Of a stretch of 42,766 nucleotides of DNA, positions 37,410 through 42,766 are shown in pieces. The notes below the pieces were generated by a model that saw only the letters and a program-made list of their open reading frames with translations, was not told the origin of the DNA and searched no databases. A program made the translations under genes and the position numbers. The stretch spans positions 1 to 42,766 of the forward strand of contig CAZAUB010000001.1 in the NCBI GenBank assembly GCA_964488195.1, given 5' to 3'. Every line of letters starts with the position of its first letter. The stretch's first letter is position 1. This DNA comes from an uncultured Methylobacter sp. (lineage in GTDB: Bacteria > Pseudomonadota > Gammaproteobacteria > Methylococcales > Methylomonadaceae).

Positions 37410-38608
37410 AAGTCAAAGGCAGAGTAATCAGATCCTTGGTGTTTGCCCCTTTTTTTAGCCACAAAGCCATCTCCAGCCGAGAGCTGCTAGTCTCGGACGT
37501 ACTGACGAGGTTTGGATCAGTGGATATCGTAACCACAAGTTACGATCACTACACCAAGTCAGAGAAAATTTCCTATCAGTTTAACGATGCGCGAACCATC
37601 CATTATTTGCCGACTATCCGGTATAGGCATAATGTGAGACCTGCGAGGTTTCTTTCCCACTTTGTCTTTTCTCTGCGTGCAGTATTTTTTTATCTGAAAC
37701 GAAAACAAGAATACGATGTGGTGTATGCTACATTGCCTTTGAATCTGCTTGCTCTTCTGGTATTTGTTGCCGGGCCTGAAAAGCTGAGAATTGCCGATGT
37801 AATAGATATCTGGCCGGATGTGCTGCCGTTTCCTCCGCTGACCAAAAAAATTCTTTCCCCGTTTTTTTACCTCTGGAAAAAGTCTTTTGTCCACGCGGTT
37901 AAAAGTTGCGACTTGTTATTGACGGTTTCCGACTGGTACATGAATGAGTCGATTTGCTTTTTCCGCCACGCACCTTTCGCTGCGCATCGTTTTTACCTTG
38001 GTTGCAGCCAGCTACCTCGTAAAGCGAAGCAGAGTGAGGAACGCTTAACCATCGCGTACATTGGCAACATTGGACATCTCTACGATTTTGAAACACTATT
38101 GGCTGCTCTTGCTGCCCGCCCCGAAAAGACACGATTTTTCTTGATCGGCGATGGAGATCGAAAGGAATGGCTACTAGGGGAGCTTGCGCGCTTGAAACTC
38201 GAGCATCAGTATTTCGGTGTTGTGTACCACGACGAGCAATTAGCGGAGATTCTGGCCCATTGCGATATAGGATTCAACGGTTATCAGAACACGACAGCCG
38301 CCTTTTCGTACAAAGCCACTACCTATTTTTCCGCCGGATTGCCGATTTTAAACTCCATGAGCGGTGACTTGGGGCGACTGGTGGCTGATCGCGGACTTGG
38401 GTTCAATTTTATTCAGGGTAATCTCGCTTCGCTTCTTGGCTGCATTGATCGATGTTCGAGGGAGGAACTGGTCGCATTTGCACGGAACGTGGAGGTTTTT
38501 TTCCGTGCAGAAATCGATCAGGAGATAATTAAGAAAGATCTAACCGAATTTATCGGCGGGTTCATTACGAAAACATGTCCAAGCTGCAAACTCCAGCCTA
38601 GGGAATAA
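37406..38608 (+). CDS. Glycosyltransferase family 4-like
   Basis: DVIDIWPD, YIGNIG, IGDG and KATTYFSAGLPILNS motifs. Confidence 0.8.
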   Translation: MKVKGRVIRSLVFAPFFSHKAISSRELLVSDVLTRFGSVDIVTTSYDHYTKSEKISYQFNDARTIHYLPTIRYRHNVRPARFLSHFVFSLRAVFFYLKRKQEYDVVYATLPLNLLALLVFVAGPEKLRIADVIDIWPDVLPFPPLTKKILSPFFYLWKKSFVHAVKSCDLLLTVSDWYMNESICFFRHAPFAAHRFYLGCSQLPRKAKQSEERLTIAYIGNIGHLYDFETLLAALAARPEKTRFFLIGDGDRKEWLLGELARLKLEHQYFGVVYHDEQLAEILAHCDIGFNGYQNTTAAFSYKATTYFSAGLPILNSMSGDLGRLVADRGLGFNFIQGNLASLLGCIDRCSREELVAFARNVEVFFRAEIDQEIIKKDLTEFIGGFITKTCPSCKLQPRE

Positions 38609-38717
38609 CCGGCAAGACTTCACTTATGAAACAAGAAATTCTGTCCAAACAAAAGGAGTCGCCTCTCTTCTGTGTACTTAAAATTTTGGATTTGACCATC
38701 GCAGTAAGGAGTATTCA

Positions 38718-40235
38718 ATGAAAGTTATGCTTATGGTTGCGCCGGAAGAGCACTATATGGTGGCGAGCATACACAAAGCGCTGGATCATAAGCGCGAAGC
38801 TAGGCCGTTGCTCGGTATACTGTCGGTGGCAACCTATCTCAAGAACCGGCGTCCAGATGTCGAACTCAAGTTCATCGACTGCAGGGCGGAGGCGTTGACA
38901 TTTGCCGATGCCGTCGACAGGGTGCGTGAGTTCCAACCCGATTTGGTGGGGATGACCTGCCTGACCTTTAACTATTACGACACGTTGCGGATGGCGAGGC
39001 TGGTAAAGGACACCAATCCCTCCGCGAAAATTTGTATAGGCGGATGGCATACAACGCTCTATCCGAAGGAGACATTGGCACAGGAAGCTGTTGACTTCGT
39101 TGTGTTCGGCGAAGGGGAGAGGACGTTCCTTGAGTTGGTCAATGCCATTTCCCAAGGGAGTGATCCAATTGGTGTGTTGGGTTTGGGCTTCAAAACCCAA
39201 GGTAATGTAGTCATGAACGAGGAGCGAGGGGCGGAAGATGAGCAGCCCGGCTGCTCTTCGGAATCAGAAGCGCCGATCACCCTGCATGGTAAACTTGCGC
39301 AACGCATGGGCATGAAGGTTAATGGCGAACGCCCGGTGGACAAGCTGCTGGATGAAATTGATTTTCCGGATTTCAGCTTGGTCGACATCGGTCGCTATTC
39401 CCATATCCTTGACCGCGGATTCGATGTGACGCTACCGATTGAGTCTTCGCGTGGCTGCCCCTTCGCCTGCACCTTCTGCGACATTCGCAGGACACAGTTT
39501 CGTTATCGCTCACCGGAACTGATCGCGGACGAGATGGAGCGTTGGGTGAACAAGGGTGTCAGATCATTTTTCTTCGTGGACGACAACATTACGGTTAACA
39601 AGCCGCGTGCGATCCAGCTGTTCCAGGAAATCGTCAAACGGCAGTTGAACGTTGAATTTAAAGTCAGTAGCCGTATTGATCGGCTGGATGATGAAATTAT
39701 GTACTGGATGAAGCTGGCGGGAGTGTCGCGCGTGTCGGTCGGTATTGAAACGACCAAACAAAATTATCTCGACTATATGCAGAAGGAGATCACTGTTGAG
39801 CAGATCGAGGACTGTCTTACTAGGGCGCGCAAGATGGAATTGCCTGTGTTTGCTTACATGATGCTTGGTCTTCCTGGTCAGACTCGGCAGGAAATGATGG
39901 AAGAAGCGGACTTTCTTAAGAAGCACAAAGTTGAATATGCAAACTTCTCTGTCATGACGGTTTACCCGAAAACTGAACTGCATAATATTGTCTTGGCTAG
40001 TGGACATCTAAAGGATGACCCGTGGCAGTCATTCGCAGAGAACCCGGTACCGGATATGCAGGCTCCCTATGTTAATGGGTTGTATAGCGCCGAGGAACTG
40101 AAAAAAATACAATTAGCGGTGACGCGCCGCTTTTATTTCTCCCCGCGTGTACTGTACAGACGGATTCGCGAAGTAAATTCCTTCAAGGCGTTAATCATGC
40201 GTGCGAGGCTGTTGCTACGTTTTCTGAATTTTTGA
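38718..40235 (+). CDS. Cobalamin-binding radical SAM enzyme (class B methyltransferase-like)
   Basis: B12 domain (PLLGILSVA, PDLVG, IGGWH, VFGEGE); SRGCPFACTFC, FVDDN, GIET and MLGLPGQT motifs. Confidence 0.9.
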   Translation: MKVMLMVAPEEHYMVASIHKALDHKREARPLLGILSVATYLKNRRPDVELKFIDCRAEALTFADAVDRVREFQPDLVGMTCLTFNYYDTLRMARLVKDTNPSAKICIGGWHTTLYPKETLAQEAVDFVVFGEGERTFLELVNAISQGSDPIGVLGLGFKTQGNVVMNEERGAEDEQPGCSSESEAPITLHGKLAQRMGMKVNGERPVDKLLDEIDFPDFSLVDIGRYSHILDRGFDVTLPIESSRGCPFACTFCDIRRTQFRYRSPELIADEMERWVNKGVRSFFFVDDNITVNKPRAIQLFQEIVKRQLNVEFKVSSRIDRLDDEIMYWMKLAGVSRVSVGIETTKQNYLDYMQKEITVEQIEDCLTRARKMELPVFAYMMLGLPGQTRQEMMEEADFLKKHKVEYANFSVMTVYPKTELHNIVLASGHLKDDPWQSFAENPVPDMQAPYVNGLYSAEELKKIQLAVTRRFYFSPRVLYRRIREVNSFKALIMRARLLLRFLNF

Positions 40236-40360
40236 GTATTTTATTGTGATTTTGCGTTTAAATCATCGGTCGGTGAACTTGCAAAAATGGGAGATAGCGG
40301 GCGATATAAGGTGATTGAGCTAAACCGGATACACAATCTAAAAAAGCCTGAAAAGGGAGT

Positions 40361-41416
40361 GTGTCGAAAATGAATCAAGAAAAACAAGAAGTAGAGGTAC
40401 ATAGCGCCGAATTTAGAGAATCTTCCGGGAAATTAGAAATGGGTTCAAATCACTTCATGCTGGTGACTGGTGCAAGTGGATTTGCCGGACGCAGACTATG
40501 CGTAGAGCTGGTAAGGCTTGGGCATCCGGTTCATGCCGCGCTTCGCGCTTCAGCAAATCTTGATGTCTTCATCTGCGAAGCGGTCAAAATATCGAGCATA
40601 GACGCTGATACGGATTGGACTAATGCGTTACAAGGAATAACTAGCCTTATTCACCTTGCCGCACGGGTGCATGTAATGCAAGATTGCTCTGCAAATCCTC
40701 TCGCGGAATTTCGTAAGGTCAATTTGCACGGAACGGAAAATCTGGCGCGGCAAGCTGCACAGGCTGGGGTGAAGCGCCTAGTATATGTCAGCTCGATTGG
40801 GGTGAACGGCTTGCAGACCGCTTACGACCAGTCATATTCCGAAACAGACAATCCCAACCCTCACAATGCCTATGCACTTTCCAAATGGGAGGCTGAACAG
40901 AGTCTATCGCGTGTTTCCGAAGAAACAGGATTGGAGGTGGTGATTGTGCGGCCACCTTTGGTTTATGGGGGGAATGCTCCGGGTAATTTCGCGCAGATGC
41001 TTAAGGTGCTCGCTAAGGGAATCCCACTGCCGCTGGCCTCGGCGCATAATCTGCGCAGTTTTATTTATGTGGAAAATTTGGTTGATGCTTTAATCGTTTG
41101 CGCGACGCGTCCCGCAGCTGCCGGACAAACCTATCTGGTCAGCGATGGTGAGGATATTTCCACGCCAGACCTACTGCGCCAGTTGGGTATTGCAATGGGG
41201 TATCCGGCGCGTTTGTTGCCTTGCCCTCCGGCCTTGCTGAAATTGGCCGGGCGGCTAGTTGGCAGATCAGATCAGATCGAGCGACTGCTGGGTTCGCTGC
41301 AAGTGGATAGCAGCAAGATTCGTCGAGAATTGGGTTGGCAGCCACCCTACACTTTACAGCAAGGGTTGCAAGCCACTGCCGAGTGGTATCGATGTCACCG
41401 CAATGGGTCTGCATGA
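40361..41416 (+). CDS. WbpV/WbpK-like UDP-4-keto-6-deoxy-HexNAc reductase (annotated as UDP-glucose 4-epimerase family)
   Basis: VTGASGFAG, HLAARVHVM, SSIGVNG, YALSK, RPPLVYG and RLLGSLQVD motifs; true start may be 40439 or 40457. Confidence 0.85.
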   Translation: MSKMNQEKQEVEVHSAEFRESSGKLEMGSNHFMLVTGASGFAGRRLCVELVRLGHPVHAALRASANLDVFICEAVKISSIDADTDWTNALQGITSLIHLAARVHVMQDCSANPLAEFRKVNLHGTENLARQAAQAGVKRLVYVSSIGVNGLQTAYDQSYSETDNPNPHNAYALSKWEAEQSLSRVSEETGLEVVIVRPPLVYGGNAPGNFAQMLKVLAKGIPLPLASAHNLRSFIYVENLVDALIVCATRPAAAGQTYLVSDGEDISTPDLLRQLGIAMGYPARLLPCPPALLKLAGRLVGRSDQIERLLGSLQVDSSKIRRELGWQPPYTLQQGLQATAEWYRCHRNGSA

Positions 41417-41574
41417 TCAAATAGTTGTTACTTGCCTTGACCACCCCCGCTATCGTTAACCTTTTCGTATGGGGGAATTTTTTCATTGCTGTGCTGTTAC
41501 TTAGGATGGCAGTGTCATTTGATATGTCAGCGCAGCTGTTGCAGGCACCCGGCCCGAAGAAACTTACAAATTAA
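41413..41574 (+). pseudogene. Degenerate small hydrophobic ORF with an early in-frame stop
   Basis: ATGA-coupled start reads MIK*LLLALTTPAIVNLFVWGNFFIAVLLLRMAV...KLTN*. Confidence 0.3.
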
Positions 41575-41583
41575 AATTAACTG

Positions 41584-42564
41584 ATGATGTATTACCTTGC
41601 TACACCGATGGTGTCTTTTTTTGTGACATTTGGAATGTTGTTCTGGTTGCTGAAGGGTGCAATGGCGGGCGCAGTGCTGGATCATCCTAATCAGCGATCA
41701 CTGCATACCCACCCGCGACCGCGTACCGGTGGGCTTGCTATGATGACCGGGGTGTTGGCGGCGTGGGCTGCCGCTCAGACATCTTGGGGCTGGGCGATGA
41801 TGTCGATGTTGTTTTTCCTGTCGGCGGTGTCTTTCTTGGATGATGTGCGCGGGCTGTCAGTTATTTGGCGGTTTCTGGCCCATTTTGTGGCTGCGGGAAT
41901 GTTTGTCGCAGTTTATGTATTGCCTGAATTGGGGTTTGTTGGCATAGCCTTGGCTGTACTGGCGATAGTCTGGATGACCAATCTCTATAATTTTATGGAT
42001 GGCTCGGACGGTTTGGCCGGGGGTATGGCGTTATTCGGCTTCGGTTTTTATGGCGTGGCTGCGTTGCTGCAAGGGGATATGGCGTTTGCCGGTCTTTGCT
42101 GGAGCGTGGCGGCGGCTTCTATTGCATTTCTTTTGTTCAATTTTCATCCTGCACGGATTTTTATGGGGGATGCCGGTTCTATTCCGTTGGGGTTTCTCGC
42201 TGCCGCGTTGGGTCTGCTGGGTTGGCGTGTCGGGCATTGGCCGTTGTGGTTTCCGATGCTAGTTTTTTCTCCTTTTATCCTGGATGCCAGTGTCACGCTG
42301 GCAAAACGATTGTTGCGCCGGGAGAAGGTCTGGCAGGCTCATTGTGAGCATTACTACCAGCGTCTGATACAGATGGGCTGGGGACACCGCCGTACGGCAC
42401 TGGCAGAGTACGTGCTAATGGCGCTGGCAGGCGTAAGCGGCACTTGGGCGATTGGGCAGGATGGACGCATTCAACTGTCTGTCTGCATCGGGTGGGGGCT
42501 GGCATATTTACTGGCTATGTGGCTGGTGGATTCCAAATGGTCGCGTAGGCAAAAAAGCTGTTGA
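41584..42564 (+). CDS. Undecaprenyl-phosphate HexNAc-1-phosphate transferase (MraY/WecA/WbpL family)
   Basis: DHPNQRSLH, PRTGG, FLDD, NLYNFMDGSDGL, FNFHPARIFMGDAGS and AHCEHYYQRL motifs. Confidence 0.92.
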   Translation: MMYYLATPMVSFFVTFGMLFWLLKGAMAGAVLDHPNQRSLHTHPRPRTGGLAMMTGVLAAWAAAQTSWGWAMMSMLFFLSAVSFLDDVRGLSVIWRFLAHFVAAGMFVAVYVLPELGFVGIALAVLAIVWMTNLYNFMDGSDGLAGGMALFGFGFYGVAALLQGDMAFAGLCWSVAAASIAFLLFNFHPARIFMGDAGSIPLGFLAAALGLLGWRVGHWPLWFPMLVFSPFILDASVTLAKRLLRREKVWQAHCEHYYQRLIQMGWGHRRTALAEYVLMALAGVSGTWAIGQDGRIQLSVCIGWGLAYLLAMWLVDSKWSRRQKSC

Positions 42565-42766
42565 AATGCCGAAAAATAAAAACATGAAGCTGTTTAGTCG
42601 TTTTGTCTACCCGTCATGGAAGGAGCCCCACCTGTACCGGTTTGCCGATGCCGAGAGGAATCCGGTTTTTGTGCTGGGTGAGGTCATGCGGCTCGCCGCA
42701 AGATAGGGGCTATCATTGCAAATTTATCTTCACAAGATTCTGCCGGTTTTCTTGCTGCCTCTCGGC

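Noticed and set aside
42452-42766. Short ORF after the WbpL-like gene
   Set aside because: No recognisable family, not WbpM-like, and too close to the window edge to interpret.
1-42766. CRISPR arrays, tRNA/rRNA genes, transposases, integrases, defence genes
   Set aside because: None seen; the window is almost fully covered by glycan biosynthesis genes with no periodic repeats.

Overview
All recognisable genes are on the + strand and form one ~42 kb surface-glycan (O-antigen/EPS-type) biosynthesis locus, probably from a proteobacterium (host not determinable from sequence alone). Order: a 5'-truncated EPS-associated MarR regulator, a PglK-like ABC flippase, then two nonulosonic-acid modules. 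Module 1 (2219-11966) has LegB, a nucleotidyltransferase, an SDR reductase, a Twitch radical SAM enzyme, a methyltransferase, NeuB, a cytidylyltransferase, a PseG-like hydrolase, WbqC, a PIG-L deacetylase and a putative transferase, but no LegC or LegG/NeuC. Module 2 (11987-24138) is a pseudaminic acid pathway (PseB, PseC, PseG-PseH fusion, PseI) with an inserted cassette of an aldo/keto reductase, a NeuB paralogue with a degenerate PEP site, a cytidylyltransferase and a class III aminotransferase, followed by an O-acyltransferase and a LIC12162-family transferase. Next come two methyltransferases, a CDP-6-deoxyhexose pathway (RfbF, RfbG, cupin epimerase, two SDRs, no RfbH), glycosyltransferases, a DegT-like/FemAB/deacetylase trio, a Wzy-like membrane protein, a B12-dependent radical SAM enzyme, a WbpV-like SDR and a WbpL-like initiating transferase. 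The best novelty candidates are the two non-canonical nonulosonate pathways, especially the degenerate NeuB and the radical SAM-containing LegB module. G10 and C9 tracts in two tailoring genes may allow phase variation. No RNA genes, CRISPR arrays or mobile elements were seen. All calls are motif-based; no searches were run.
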